Shown: one piece after another, positions 63,143 through 64,000 of the stretch
Numbering within the stretch: the stretch's first letter is position 1
How the letters are laid out: each line of letters begins with the position of its first letter
Source: Eledone cirrhosa
Taxonomy: Eukaryota
Length of the DNA stretch: 64,000 nt
Assembly: GCA_964016885.1 (NCBI GenBank)
Contig: CAXHJY010001606.1
Coordinates: forward strand, 1-64,000
Direction: 5' to 3'
The notes under the pieces: model-generated
The model's database searches: none
What the model saw: the letters and a program-made list of their open reading frames with translations, nothing else
Told to the model about the DNA's origin: nothing
Position numbers and translations under genes: made by a program

Positions 63143-63400
63143 ATAAATATACACGGGTGTGTATAGAAGATTATATTAATAAAAGTAATTCCAACTTTGT
63201 CTGATTTACTCGTTTTATTTACAATCCTTTAAAATTTATAATGGAATTAGAATGAAATGGTAGAATATTAAATGTTAAGTGTTAATTGAACAAGTACTTT
63301 TAATATTCTACCATACTATTTCATTCTAATTCCATTATAAATTTTAAAGGATTGTAAATAAAACGAGTAAATCAGACAAAGTTGGAATTCCTTTTATTAA
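63143..63400. mobile_element. Family D element as a fold-back
   Basis: Arms of ~100 bp at 63176-63272 and 63299-63400. Homology to 42175-42350 ends at GAACAAGTACTTT, inside the HHR. Confidence 0.75.
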
Positions 63401-63502
63401 AATATATGTATATATGCATATATGTATATATGCATATATGTATATATGCATATATGTATATATATGTATATATGCTTATATGTATATATATGTATATATG
63501 CA

Positions 63503-63552
<50 letters not shown>

Positions 63553-63678
63553 GGAGGTGAGTTTTATTGTAGTACAATAAAGCAATATTATGCAATAATA
63601 TATGTTGCAATAAAATGATATGTTGATTTAAAACTGCACTATTCACAAGTGTTTTTTAACCTTCATATCATGTCTCCC

Positions 63679-63749
63679 TATTTTATCTGATGAAAACGCA
63701 AATGTCATCACATGATGATATTTGTTTTTGAAATGCGCATAATAAAATA
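63679..63749 (+). ncRNA. Minimal hammerhead ribozyme motif (family A relative)
   Basis: TATTTTAT-CTGATGA-AAACGCAAATGTCATCA-CA-TGATGATATTTGTTTTT-GAAA-TGCGCATA-ATAAAATA. It has a long stem II and the perfect palindrome ATGCGCAT as stem III. Confidence 0.8.
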
Positions 63750-63779
63750 CATGGAACTCTTTTAACCATCTTTTGATCT

Positions 63780-63831
<52 letters not shown>

Positions 63832-64000
63832 GTGTATATCTAGCAAAGGGTAACCTGGAAAGCAGGGCATGCAGTCCAGTCGCCATGGCGGAAAGTGGGG
63901 ATGTGCAGCCTTACCCCCCCCCCCCCAATTCCCTCTAAATGACCCTCCTGGTCAAAGCCGCATGTAATGTTATCTAGTGTGTGTATGTTATCTTTTTATG

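Overview
This is an AT-rich, microsatellite-dense eukaryotic window. Its SINE, RTE and (TA)n content looks like an octopod cephalopod genome, which is an inference from repeat families. I found no convincing host protein-coding exon, and most short ORFs in the track are microsatellite or antisense artefacts. The window is a nested transposon landscape. It holds two DD37D (maT-type) Tc1/mariner copies, one truncated Penelope-like element (GIY-YIG), and at least six 5'-truncated RTE-clade LINE copies, whose RT carries an embedded C4HC3 PHD-like finger wherever that region is retained. It also holds two Tx1/L1-clade LINEs (one with an intact APE-RT-zf ORF2 and a 21-bp TSD), several tRNA-derived SINE families and TTAA- or TA-flanked MITEs. 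The most notable signal, which the ORF track does not show, is about a dozen minimal type-I hammerhead-ribozyme (HHR) motifs of the form CUGANGA...GAAA, most with a palindromic stem III. They sit in several short non-coding families inserted in (TA)n tracts. One forms a ~485-nt HHR-to-HHR unit that resembles a retrozyme, and five form fold-back inversions near the ribozyme core. All coordinates were read by eye and may be off by a few bases; no database search or folding program was run.
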